This document shows, one piece after another, positions 1 to 11,758 of a DNA stretch of 64,000 bases. The stretch comes from Octopus bimaculoides (taxonomy: Eukaryota). The stretch spans positions 156,262,969 through 156,326,968 of the forward strand of contig NC_068981.1 in the NCBI RefSeq assembly GCF_001194135.2, in the 5' to 3' direction. A program made the translations under genes and the position numbers. The notes under the pieces are model-generated. The model searched no databases. It was not told the DNA's origin and was given only the letters and a program-made list of their open reading frames with translations. Each line of letters opens with the position of its first letter. The stretch's first letter is position 1.

Positions 1-112
1 ATATATATATATATATATATATATATATCCACACACATATATATTGGGCCATCCCATAAATAATGCGGTTTTTTTATACATTTATTTTTCAAAATTAAGA
101 TAAAGTCCTTTT

Positions 113-1113
113 TTAATTTAAAATATACTCTGCTTCATTTTCTACAATGCTCTTCCACCTATATGGTAGACTTGCAGGGCCCCTCTTCCAAAATTCACTT
201 GTCCGTGATGTAAAAATACTCCTCCAGTACTATTCTTACTTCGTCTACAGAATTCGTATCTTTTCCATCCTGCAGAATAAATAATCAGATGAGGCAATGT
301 CCGGCGAATATGGTGGATGAGGCATCGTTTTCCATTCAAACTACTCCAACCATTGGGATGTCGTCCTCGCTGTATGTAGCCGAAGTGTGTTCTTCCTGAT
401 GGAAGAACACACTTCGTCTTGAAACCAAAGATGGTCGTTTCTCTTCTAGCGTTGACTTAAGCTGCTTGCAGTAGATCTCCTTTGTTATCGTTTGGTTTGG
501 GTTTAAATGTTCAGTGAACTAAACTTTTTATATCCCACCAAACAGATAACAACACCTTACGTGGGTGAAGACCTTTAGCCTGGGGTGCCGGTGTTTCTCC
601 TTTCCCTACCCACTGTCTTAGGCACTTGACATTTTTATAGAGAATCTATTTCTCGTCACCAGTCTCTATTCAGTCCAAAAAAGGTTCATTCGTAAGACGT
701 GACAGCAAAGAAAAGCACACATTCACTCTCTACCCGCGATTAGACCCGGAAAGTTTATGGGGAACCCATTGACCCAATTTGCCGACTTTTCCGATGGCAC
801 GCAGGTGTCGATGACTGGTTGAATGACCGAATCCAAGCTTCTCTGCTAATTCCTCAACAGTTACAATGGGATTTTGTTCCACCAGGGTTTGCAGGACGTC
901 CTTGTTGAGCTGTACAAATCTTCCAGGACGGGGCTCGTGTTCTAGGCTGTAGTTTCTTGGCTCGGAATTTCTGGAACCATCGTTGATACTGGCTTACGCT
1001 TATTGTCCAATCCCCATATACTGCATCAATATTCCCCGCACTTTCCGTTGCATTGTTGCTTTATTGAACTCATAAAGCAAAATATGCCGAATATGCTCCT
1101 TTGTCACTTCCAT
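113..1113 (-). pseudogene. Mariner transposase pseudogene
   Basis: Starts MEVTKEHIRHILLYEFNK; contains MPHPPYSPDIASSDY and ends ...LPYRWKSIVENEAEYILN*; stops and frameshifts. Confidence 0.88.
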
Positions 1114-1169
1114 TATAGCTTTGAAAAAGTAACTGTTAAAATCAAACTGCACTCTTCAAAACTTGAACT

Positions 1170-2357
1170 TGTAATACTTCGACCGTGCGAACCAAAGGAA
1201 ATGGTGATGTAGACGGTAAAGGCTCCTTTTTACCATGTCGCACGGTCGAACACAAAACAAGATATATAAGTTGGAAGGCTCGTAAGTGATACGAGCCATA
1301 GTGCCAGTAAGAGAACTTAGGACAAATTCAACCGTTAGATATATAATGAGAATAAATTTATTAACAAAGTGAAACTGCAGTTCTATATTTAAGAGATGAG
1401 GAATGAAGTTAAAATAATAGACAGGGAACAACACTGGAAAATACGAAAACTAAAAGAAGCAGCACATATGCTAGGACACAACAACCTCCTAAGCAGACCG
1501 AGTGCAGATATGAATAGCATATGGGAACCGGTATTGAGGAAGGATAGAAAAATAATAGATTTATAAGCCTTAAAATTCACGAAGGTATACAACAACGTGA
1601 AGTGACGGACAGTCGTATAAGCAATAGTGTGTGTCACAATACGTGAGTGTACAAGTGTGCGTGTGAATGAGAGGAAACACAGAACATAGAAAGAGTGTCT
1701 GTAACATAGAATGTAAAAGGTCTGAAACACTGAGAATAGAGAAAACCAGTTCGTACAAGAGTTACACAAGGAGATAGAATGTTCATACGCAGGAAGTTGT
1801 GGCCAGGGAGCAGAGCTGTAGTATCACACTATGTCTGTTGAGCGTCGAATGCTGCGACCTGTGTTACCTGGTACGGAATATTCTCGCTGGTTAGTTCTGA
1901 TTGTTGTTCGTGAGTGGAAACTCCACTCAAACAGGGTCGAGATAAAACCGCGCTTGTTGATGTTGGTGTTGCTGGCGACGACAATAGTAGACAGTACATT
2001 GGTGGTGAAGACGTCGGCGCTGGAACTGGCTGTAGCTGTGTTCTGTATGTGTGTGGTCAACGACCAGACCTGTGAGAGATCTGAAATCGAAGACGATTGC
2101 CGTCGTTGGATCGGGCTTATTTATAGGCGAAATAGGGCTCACCGGAAACCCAGAAAAACTCCTTCTCACGTGACTTTATCCCAAAGCCACAATTGGATGT
2201 AATGCCCCCTTAGCAAGCAGAACATGGGGACAATTGCCGCGCAAATAAGAACCAATCAGGATAATGGACAGAAGGGACCAAGGCAGCCGAAGGCTAGTTG
2301 TTAGCAGCTTCGTTATCATTTATGATTGAATGCCCGAGAGAGAGAGGTTTCACTACA
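1170..2357 (-). mobile_element. Solo LTR (1,188 bp), probably Gypsy-type, nested in the mariner
   Basis: TGTAATAC...CACTACA ends and a 4-bp TSD AACT (1166-1169, 2358-2361). Removing it restores the mariner 5' region. CCAAT 2252, CACGTG 2167, TATAAA 2125-2120 and AATAAA 1362-1357 fit a - strand LTR. Confidence 0.8.
1396..1566 (+). pseudogene. Penelope-like element endonuclease C-terminal fragment inside the LTR
   Basis: NEVKIIDREQHWKIRKLKEAAHMLGHNNLLSRPSADMNSIWEPVL resembles the vkIL..E..w.kR.i.EA.hI......N...g..l...W.p.l tail of PLE GIY-YIG ORFs. Confidence 0.6.
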
Positions 2358-2572
2358 AACTAATAAGATCATGGTAAAATTACTACCTGCTTTTATAGCA
2401 AGGTGATGCAGGTAGTTTATCCTGTCCCCCTCAAACTTTTAGTTCATGCAATTGAAAAAAAAAACGCATTATTTATGGGCTGACCCTGTGTGTGTGTGTG
2501 TGTGTATGTATATATATATATATATATATATATGGTGTGTGGGTGTATGCATGTATATATATGTGTATATAT

Positions 2573-2798
2573 ATACTTTTATTTTTTGTTTCAGTCATTT
2601 GACTGCGGCCACAAAGACACATACACATAAATATATATACGTATACAGATACGACGGGCTTTTAGTTTCCGTCTACCAAAGCCACTCACTAGGCTTTGGT
2701 CGGCCCGAGGCTATAATAGAAGACACTTACCCAAGGTGTTAAGCTGTGGGACTGAACCCGGAACCATGAGGCTGAGAAGCAACCTTCCTACCACGGAG
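2573..2798 (-). mobile_element. Octopus tRNA-derived SINE (partial)
   Basis: Reverse complement of the 4113 family (GGTTCAGTCCCAC B-box; AGACGGAAACT). Confidence 0.85.
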
Positions 2799-2804
2799 AC
2801 TTAC

Positions 2805-2859
2805 ATTCAAGACTTTAAGTTTCTGTGTCAGCATTTCAGTGATCATTGCATGTCTTCGG
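2805..2859 (-). CDS. Candidate exon of unidentified antisense gene (RRHAMITEMLTQKLKVLN)
   Basis: catgtaacag| ... AAT|gtaagt; 55 nt; single open frame (phase 2 in). The linking exon was not found. Confidence 0.3.
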
Positions 2860-4112
2860 CTGTTACATGTGGTACAATCAATTGCAAAAAGCACAAAATA
2901 GATGGATACTTATATTGCACTTATATGTAGAAATTGACAAACTTCTCTTACATTTTCAGTTATATTGAACATCTTCCCCACACTATGCCCTGTGTTGACT
3001 TTGATTCCTGAATAATTCTCTACTCTTATTTGTATTTTCCATTTTAAGAGCTCATTATGTGAAATTAAAATAGTTAATTTTACTTGGTTTCCCTCTTGTG
3101 TTTATCATATTAGCCATCATTCAACAACGCCTGGAGTATGTTTTCATACATCCCCACCAAAAAAAAAAAAAGAAAGAAAGAAAAAGAAAACGCCGTTTGT
3201 CATTCTATAGAAGTAGGTCAGTACTTTATCTATAAAACTCCTTTGATCTCCTCATTTCATTTCATACTACAGTTATCAGCCCTGATAAATACATCTAATT
3301 GTTTATATGTAGTTTGCTTACAAACGATAACTACCCCTCTCCATCCTCATATGGTGATGGGATGGATACTTGGATAAATTACATCCCCTCATCTCTCTTT
3401 CTTTCCTTCTCTTATATACCTTTTACAGACCTTAAAGATTTTTTTTTTATTTTGGCACAGAAGGTACTCTTCTAGCTTTCTTACATGTAATTTTCAGTAT
3501 AGTGTTGTTTTATCAGAAAATCTCGGGTAGTGATTTAGCAGCCTTTCCTGTTGTTCGTTATTAACTTTTGATTGAGTATTCCAGGCTATCTTACCTGGCA
3601 GTTTGCTCACAGCTGCTTTTCTGTATGGACCGAGGGAGGCTTATAACTTTCTCTTCTCTTTTTCTCTCTCCCTCTCTTCCTCTCTCTTTATTATTTACAG
3701 ATGTTTGTATCTTGGTTTCATGCAATCTGATCCCGCCCCAGTTTTCTTTTTTTGTTTTGTTTTGTTTTTGTGGTAAACAAGTTTTACAGTCTAATACTTT
3801 CCCTATTCTTCTACATTCATTGGAAATTAGTCATGAATATTGTAGCCCTGTTAGATTGATCTCCAACGTGAGCACAAGGTCATACGCTTTGTGATAATGA
3901 TGAAATCTGTTCAATTCTCCCCGTCTTTTTATCAGCTTGTTTGAAACAATTGAGTTAAGTAGAATTTTCAGATTTTTAGGTGCAGGGACTGAAAATCTGG
4001 TATTAGGTGATTAGTCTATCTTATCGACTTCAGTGACCTCGGTCAGCACTTGACTGGCACTTGATGCTCAGTTGCCCATAACTAGATATGTTTCGACATT
4101 TTTCCTCCTGCG

Positions 4113-4271
4113 TAGGAGTGGCTGTGTGGTAAGTAGCTTGCTTACGAATCGCATAGTTCCGGGTTCAGTCCCACTGCGTGGCACCTTGGGCAAGTGTCTT
4201 CTACTATAGCCTCGGGCCGACCAAAGCCTTGTGAGTAGATTTGGTAGACGGAAACTGAAAGAAGCCCGTCG

Positions 4272-4306
<35 letters not shown>

Positions 4307-4492
4307 CTGTTTGCCCCCCCCCTTCCCCAACGTCGCTTGACAACTGATGCTGGTGTGTTTACGTCCCCGTAACTTAACGGTTCGGCAAAAAAGGCTGATA
4401 GAATAAGTACTAGGCTTACAAAGAATAAGTCCTAGGGTCGATTTGCTCGACTAAAGGCGGTGCTCCAGCATGGCTGAAACAAGTAAAAGAAT
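4113..4492 (+). mobile_element. Octopus tRNA-derived SINE, near full length, with internal (TA)(TG) microsatellite
   Basis: GGCTGTGTGGTAAG A-box and GGTTCAGTCCC B-box; tail GACTGAAAC/GGCTGAAACAAGTAAAAGA; other copies at 15476, 30665-31190, 36080-36440 and 51130-51535. Confidence 0.9.
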
Positions 4493-5928
4493 ATATGTGC
4501 ATGAAGAGTATATGTGCATATTAACTAGGAGGTGAGGCAAAATAAGCAATTTCTGATTTCTTGTTATTCTTTCCCCTACCTGTTTGAATGCTTAGTATTG
4601 CATTATCGTTTTTACTGTTGCATCATCTTTGGGAGTAAAAATCGGTCAGCATAGTTGTTGTAGTTGAGTTAGTAAACAGTCAGGTGAAACACTTTATTTT
4701 TTTTCAAGAAATTTTTCCTCAACTTTTGACCCGATTGTAATTGAGGTTGCTGATAAAATATCTGGATAATTTTTGGTGTTTAATAATCAAAATTCTCTTC
4801 TCTGTGGGGTTCCAATCTTTTCCTACATTAATGTCTAATTTCATTTTCAATTTCCAAAACAAAAACAAAAAAAAAAAACACTTTTAAGTGGGGCAAAATG
4901 AGTAATGACTTAATTTTTTCAAATTTTTCTTTTTAATTGTATGGTGTCTAATTATATCCGGAAAGCAATCACTCCAGCAGATCGTTGAGAAGCTATAATA
5001 TATTATGTTGAATTTTTAGATTTAGTCAAACTTAGTCCATTTCTTGTGCTATTTTCCCGTGTTCCTCAAAATATTTGAAGTTTGTCTTTTGTATGCTGAA
5101 AGGGAGCAGAGATAGTATTCTGGAAATGTTATAGTGTTTTTTAATGCATTTAGAAAAGCTGATTTGCTTAGCTATAGTCTTTTTGTAAGATAGTGAACAT
5201 TTGTAAAATTATTTTCTTTTTTGTCTTTTCTGTTTCAAAATACGGAGCGTTACACTATACCCCACCCCCAAAGCTGTGCCTGGTTGATCAGTTCACAAAT
5301 ATTCAAACCGTAACCATCCCATTTTTTTCTTTTTCTAGATACAGAGTGTAATTTGACTGCTATTTCTAGCAGGTCAAGCAACCGTGCAGAGACTCTCTCG
5401 TCCCTCTCACCATTATCATTTCGTTTCTAGAGTTAAAAAATAATCAATGTTTTTTTTTTTTAATTTGGAATTCTGGGATGGTTAGTTTTGATTCTTCGGT
5501 TCTTATTGTATATTTTAGCATCTCCCCGTCCTTTTATACCAGCTAGTTTTAAGCAGTTTATTTTAGTAAAATTTTCAGGCACAGGGACCGAAATTTTGGA
5601 GGAAGGGAATCGACTTCAATATTTGACTAGTACTTCATTCTGTTGACTCTGGAGGGTTAAAAAAAAAAGACCAGTGGAGGAGGGTTCAAACTCAGAACCT
5701 ATATCGTTAATCAAATACACCGAATTATGCTATCCGACGCTCTATCGATTCTGCTGATTTACCACTTTTAATAGTTTAACAATAATGATACTATTTCAGA
5801 ATGTGTTGTTTCGCGAACCATGATTTTTCTAATTGATATTTGTCTTCAAATAAAATTAAATTTAAATGTCTTTTTGTTGATTCCGCTTTTAGCGAGTTTC
5901 CATTTACCGCAGTTTAGATGTCATTTAC

Positions 5929-5988
5929 CTTCTTGAAATAGTCCACCTCAGTAATATTAATTAGTGTTGGCATATTTAATGCCGTGAA
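5929..5988 (-). CDS. Weak candidate exon (FTALNMPTLINITEVDYFKK)
   Basis: Good donor AAG|gtaaat. The frame stays open only with an aag acceptor at 5989; the stronger tag acceptors (6002, 5998) give stops. Confidence 0.25.
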
Positions 5989-6421
5989 CTTTCAAATGCT
6001 AGCTAGATAGAAATAAGTATGCAGTGAGAATAAAGATATCAGGCAATGGCTGATTTTTTTTTTCCCCCGGAAAGGAGACGACTATTTTTTTCAACTTCTT
6101 CACAAAGTTGCATAGTTTTTGATGTCTTTGCTTATTGAACTGTGGGAGCATGTACTCTCTCTACCCCACTCTCTCTCTCACGCACACTAACTGAATACTG
6201 TTGCATATAATTTCGAAAGTATTGTTTTAATTCCTTCATTAATAATAAAGATCTACTTGCTCTCTCATATATGCGTCTGGATAGTAACTATACACTGATA
6301 ATTAGCGTTTAAATATACTGTTGCAAAATTCAGTAATAGACTTAAACCTGTTGCCGGCCACTCTATTTTGTATCATTCGAACCTGGGCAAATTTCTCCAT
6401 AGGTTTTTTCTCCCTTATTAC

Positions 6422-6484
6422 CTTCATCACTCTCGCTTTCGATGTAAAGCAGTCATGGGCGCTGCCCTTCCTTCTCTTATTCAG
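6422..6484 (-). CDS. Candidate exon of unidentified antisense gene (LNKRRKGSAHDCFTSKARVMK)
   Basis: cttttcgctatag| ... AAG|gtaata; 63 nt; phase 0-0; the other two frames contain stops. Confidence 0.45.
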
Positions 6485-6779
6485 CTATAGCGAAAAGAAT
6501 AGAGGTTATTTTTTTAAAAAAACACTTGGTAGTTACTTGAGCCATTCAACAATATAACAGCACGTATTTCTTTTACTGCTGGTATGAATTAAACAATTGT
6601 ACATTATCAGCTTGCTGCACTTTGTCCTGTTCGAAACCAATTTTCTACTCTAGGTCAGCTCTTAACTATTTACTTCATAATATTTGGCCTAGTTTAGTTG
6701 TGGTTTCGACCATTTATTTTTATTGCGTATCTATGCCATTTCAGCTATGACATTTTTTTTTATTCTTTCATTTTCTTAC

Positions 6780-6888
6780 TTCAGCTTGTAATATCCTGCA
6801 GCGGATAGCTTCCCCGTCATATACAACACTCCTGTCTAAATACGTTTGTATTATAGCAAGCAAATGAGCCTCAGTTTGGTTGCTCGGC
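6780..6888 (-). CDS. Candidate exon of unidentified antisense gene (RPSNQTEAHLLAIIQTYLDRSVVYDGEAIRCRILQAE)
   Basis: NAGNAG acceptor ttttagcag|, donor GAA|gtaaga; 109 nt; only one open frame. Confidence 0.45.
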
Positions 6889-7847
6889 CTGCTAAAATAG
6901 CAACTAAATCTTCTTGAAAGCACACTAGTTTTAAAATAAGATAGTCCTAGACATAGATACTGTCTGGGGTGGGGGCGGGAGTAGATCAAGGATAGAATGT
7001 GTCTGTAGATATCTTCGATCAAAGCGTATCAGGAAATAAACAAAAACTATAGCAACCTCCACCCCCCCCCTCCAAGTTTTCTTTTCCATTGAAATTCTTT
7101 CATGTCGCAGTAAGTATTTAATGAAAATATAAATTGTATGAAGAAGAAAAAAACTCAATAGTTAGTTGGCAAAAATAAAAGCTTAAATAAATAAATGCAA
7201 AGAAAACAGGATAATGGATTTTTATCCCTTATATTTTTCGTGATTATAAGTTTATTTTTGTTTTTTTTTATGTGCATTACAATTAATTTTCGAAGTAATG
7301 AAGAAGCTCTTCAGCATTTTAACACTTTTTCCATATTTTCAGTTTTTTTGTTTAAGCTTATTTGGTTTACAAATTGGTGATATAAAATGTAAAACAATAC
7401 ATTCTAAAAGTATGCTTAAATCAATAAACTATAGATTAACAACATAAATAAACAACCTCTTCTATAATTATATTATAATTCTTATAATATATCGTCTCTA
7501 GTGCTATCTTAGCGTTTCGCTTGTAGCAAATACAGACCTGAGGTTTATCTTGCTTCCAGCTAAATTTATAATATATCTAACCTAAGAAGTTTCACCCTTC
7601 TACAGCTACAGGAATGGTTTAGGAAAAGAAAAAAAACATTCACTTTCTTGTTCTATTAATAAACATCACACACTGAAGCTACATGCCTGTGCCTTCACAT
7701 ATACTAATAGACACATACTCTCTCTCTCACTAACACAAGTTCACACTTTTCTCCTTCATGGATAAAATGGAAATTAAGCTCTGCTTGAGAGTACAGTCAG
7801 AAATTATTTTGAATGGAGGATTGTTATATTTTAAGATTACATTAACT

Positions 7848-7978
7848 CAGTGGTCCACAACCTTTTCACTGTCAAGGACCCCTTTTTAAAGGACCCCAGG
7901 ATATTGAAAGGTCTGTCAGTTTAACATGTTCACGGATCCTCAGTACTACCTTTGCGGACTACAGGTTGGGAACCACTG
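7848..7978. mobile_element. hAT-type MITE (131 bp)
   Basis: TIRs CAGTGGTCCACAACC / GGTTGGGAACCACTG; perfect 8-bp TSD CATTAACT. Confidence 0.88.
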
Positions 7979-8523
7979 CATTAACTTACAAATTTATTCA
8001 TTAAATTTCGATTAAATCGCCAACTCTGTAGTATCTCTATTATTTGTTGATATTTAAATGTCTAACTGCAGGTGCAACTGGATAAATCCAGTTTCACAGC
8101 TTCTATGTTTGCAATAACTTTATGGAGAAAAGAAAATAGGTTTAGTTACAAAATCTTAAGTTGTTCACTATTCTGTGATTGGACATTACTTCAGAGGCAC
8201 GCGATTTCAGGTTTTTGAGCTCGCTGCATGCATCATCAATAAGTGTATTCTATCACATCATTGCATCATTCTTTAGCCTTGTGAGTGAAACTGAGTACAC
8301 AGAAACTGTGCAGAAGACTATCAAATGGATTTCACCTGTTGTTCAATTTAACACCATCACCTGACCCTTGGCTGATTTTATTCCAATTCCTTTCTTTCCC
8401 CCTGTCCCTATCCTTCAGAAAAAATAAAACCTTGAGTAATGCTTTTTTTCCCCTCATGAAATTAAGCCGTATACAAAAAATGCAATAAAGATATATATGA
8501 GATTCATAATTGTTCTTTTACTT

Positions 8524-8562
<39 letters not shown>

Positions 8563-8849
8563 AGAAATATTGTCTTATTCTTAATGTACCTGGTGTTTCT
8601 TCTGTTTTGTCAATACAGTTTCCTCTTTCTTCCTCGCACACCCTCTGAAGTTTGATACCTTTTCCTGTGATTTATGAGACTCCTGATAGCAGATTGTGTG
8701 GGCTGATGTGTGCAACTAAAACTTTGTGTTTTTGACAGTTATATATTTGCTAATGGTGCCTTTCCTTGTTGTCTTGGTCTTAACCACAACATTCTCACTT
8801 ACATGTATGGTGTCTTCTTGAGATCATTTTCTTTTAGTAGGCTTGAAAG

Positions 8850-9432
8850 AAATGAAGCCAGCATACTCCACTAGATGGATAACGTCAGTGTGCATATATG
8901 ACAGTGTAAGTGAATTGAGAGAAAAACTGGGTATATGAGGCATCACCAGATGTAGTGTGCATGTGCTGATATGGTCATATGATGCATGTGGATGAGGACA
9001 GCTGCATCAAGAAGTGCTGAGCCTCTAATTGTGGAGGGATCGTGCAGGAGTAGACCCAGGAAGATGTGGGACAAAGTATTAAGAAAGGATCTCCAGATGT
9101 TGGGCCTTACAAGGAACCGAGACATCTGGCAGTTTGCTGTGCTTGAGAAGACATGTCAAGCTAAGTAAAATCGTGGCTGTCCTTGCATACAGGCATGTCC
9201 TCTACATCTTTCTTCAGCTAAGTGATCCTAATCTTGTGGGCTCATGGGTGCTGGTGCCCATGTCAGTGCCATGTAAAAGTGTCTGTGCTGGTGTCACACA
9301 AAAGCACCCATACACTCTGAAAAGTGGTTGGAGTTAGGAAGGGCATCCAGCTGTAGAAACCAGCCAGATCCTGTCAAACTATCCAACCCATGCCAGTATG
9401 GAAAGAGACATTAAATGATGATGATGATGATT
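8850..9432 (+). mobile_element. RTE LINE 3' fragment with (GAT)n tail
   Basis: Degenerate WYGH.M.DEDSCIKKC..VEGSCR.RPRKMWD.VLRKDLQMLGL; tail CCAACCCATGCCAG...TTAAATGATGATG. Confidence 0.85.
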
Positions 9433-9771
9433 AACTATTATATGGTGTCTTTTCCCTGAGGAATGTTGTAAATATGAACTTTACACATGTATCTACTTGC
9501 ATTTGTGTGTGTGTACCATATAGTTGATATTTCTTTTATTTATTGCTATTAATTTTATACCTAAACCAATTACATTGATTATTGGTTTTTGTATTAAATT
9601 TGAACTTTGTTTCACCCAAGGTGCTCATTGCATATCAGCATTAAGAAACATAAATTAGTAGGTCTATAATATAGCTATTTCTTTTAGTTTAAAGGAATGA
9701 AAGGTCAAATTGACCCTTGACTGATTTAAACTAAAACCATAAGCCACCAAAATTCTTCAACTGCTTCAGTC

Positions 9772-9804
<33 letters not shown>

Positions 9805-9988
9805 CACTCAGTATCTTTTGTTGTGAAGTCGGTTGTGTTAAGGGTTTGTATTACTGCTTCATAACCATTGGTCCCCTTTTTAATAGATATAATTTAACCC
9901 TTAACAGTTACTAATCCTTTGCTCTTCGCATCTTGTAGTAGTAAGTAGTACTATTACTCCTGTATTTAGAATGGCTCTTTTTCATTAC

Positions 9989-10050
9989 CTAACAGAATGT
10001 TTTCTTATGCTCAAGAGAAAAACCATTTGCCGATGAGGCAAGCCTGGCAT
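9989..10050 (-). CDS. Candidate first coding exon of an unidentified antisense gene (MPGLPHRQMVFLLSIRKHSV)
   Basis: ATG at 10050 with an in-frame upstream TAG; donor TTAG|gtaatg; phase 2 fits the 6888 exon. Confidence 0.3.
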
Positions 10051-10649
10051 CGCAAACTACTTCCAACCTTTAGCTAATTATTGCTCCGTTCTCTATTTCT
10101 TTCAGTTTGCCTGCCTAAGATCACCCCTCCTGCTCTATTCCTCCACTCACTACACTGTTCTCCCTGACTTTCTTGCTGTTTCGTTGCTTAGATTCCATAA
10201 TAAACACCCAATGTATTCCTGCTTAACAGTCTCATATTTTCCTATTAAAATTACTGTATTCTGTAAAAAAATAAGGCCTATACATACATACATATATATA
10301 ATGCCTTGCACGCCTGCTTTTCTACTATAATTTCAAGGGGAAAATTATAGGTCACTTTTTACAAATGTAAATATTCTTCGAATGAATTTGAATGACTTCA
10401 AGCATGTTCGATTTTATTTGTATTTCTAAAGCTATAATCACTGTAAACTTATCTTCCGTTGTTGTTAATTAACAAATGCATAGCCCCCAAAACCCCCCAA
10501 ATCACAGTCAATGTAAATAAAAACAAAACATTAAAACATTCTTTGAAAAATAAATGAAGAGGTGTTAATTAGAAAAAATATAGAACAACACACTAACCAT
10601 ACAAACGTTGTAGACTTCTAGTTTAGAAGACCTTATACTAAGCTGAAAA

Positions 10650-10695
10650 GCAGGACGTCACCAATCTGCGAGGGCTTGTGAAGGTTAAGGTACTT
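10650..10695. promoter_or_regulatory. Candidate bidirectional promoter / first-exon region (CRE-like GGACGTCA abutting CCAAT; possible donor AAG|gtactt at 10689)
   Basis: The motifs lie between the antisense candidate start (10050) and DNTTIP1, in a stretch that appears to retain CpG (about 10.0-12.0 kb). Confidence 0.3.
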
Positions 10696-11517
10696 CCCTT
10701 CGTCCTCCAGTAAAATTAATAAATTTACTTTGGTACGCTTTAATTTAATTCATCTGCAAACCTTTCAAGTTGTCTCCCTTAGTTGTCATTTGCCTCCCTT
10801 TAGTGCAATTCGGTCTATTGCCGTCATTTTTAGTTATTTTCGCAAGTCAACTGGGTAGTACCTATTAGGTTCCTCATCTCTTAGAAATGGATTCAAAAAG
10901 ATTAAAAGCGAAGTCGGTTCCGGCGGTATTTGGACTTAGAACACCTGGAAGAAATGCCGCTCGGCATTTTGCCCTTCGCGCTAATGATTTTGCCAATCAA
11001 ATGTAGTGCTTGCTAACAGAGATTAAAATACGTAGAGGTTTACGGTTGAAAGGTCTCTGATAATAAATCGGTTTAATCATGTTTGACCTAGAACCAAACA
11101 ACAGAGGCATAACCATTGATTAGTTTCTCCACCCCGATAGGCCGATAATTAGGAACTCATACCGAAAAATCGCCGCATATTTTTATATATGAAATTTTGC
11201 AGAGATACGTTTTTGAGATTGTAGATTATAATATAATGCTGATAAAATTTAGAAAATAGTTTTGGTAGAAAGGTCGTTTCAGAGCATTTTTCTTCCCTCA
11301 CCTACAACTTTGTTACCAAACAATACTAAATTACTTTAGCATTTTCACTTTTTTTTTTTTATCGGATTTATGTGTGAAGTATCAACACTACGAAACCTAA
11401 TTTCGAAACGTATATCCGCAGAACGCCTTTGAAAAAATATGTATTTTAAAGACAATCAAGAAGAAACACAGTCAATGTGGGGAAAACGATCTGTTAATTC
11501 ATGAAAAAAAAAATTTT

Positions 11518-11758
11518 GGATCTTTTTTAAAACGGGGGCCACATTTTTCATTAACGAAACACTTTGAAACTTGGAACACTGGTAGAATGTGTCATATAAA
11601 ACATCTTTTTCTCTTAGTCTTCTTAAAAAAAAAAGAAATCCCAAAGTTATTCCATGTTAAAGTTGATGTATTTCTGTAATTTCAACCAATCACTGACGTC
11701 CATTCAGCCGATATACATTAAGTGCCGACTACATAAACAAACGATTCTGAAACAATTC
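11518..11758. mobile_element. Truncated copy of the GGATC-TIR MITE found at 41740
   Basis: Near-identical reverse complement of 42062-42302; second TIR absent. Confidence 0.8.

Larger units (their letters stand above)
44..2486 (-). mobile_element. Mariner DNA transposon, degenerate, interrupted by a solo LTR
   Basis: TIRs TTGGGCCATCCCATAAATAATGCG (44) and CGCATTATTTATGGGCTGACCC (to 2486); same family as 49012+. Confidence 0.9.

Noticed and set aside
1590-1625. Possible hammerhead after the PLE fragment (GTGAAGT-GAC-GGACA-GTC-GTAT)
   Set aside because: Core and GAAA are both broken and no stem I or III is evident.
1824-2202. Overlapping 78-123 aa ORFs in the LTR
   Set aside because: GC-richer LTR sequence with no recognisable domain; expected by chance.
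4113-4200. tRNA gene
   Set aside because: It has A/B-box-like motifs only, as the head of a multi-copy SINE; no complete cloverleaf.
4640-5110. Further - strand exons linking 5929 to 2859
   Set aside because: Acceptors at about 5096, 4992 and 4823 all lead to early stops or the wrong phase; none could be supported.
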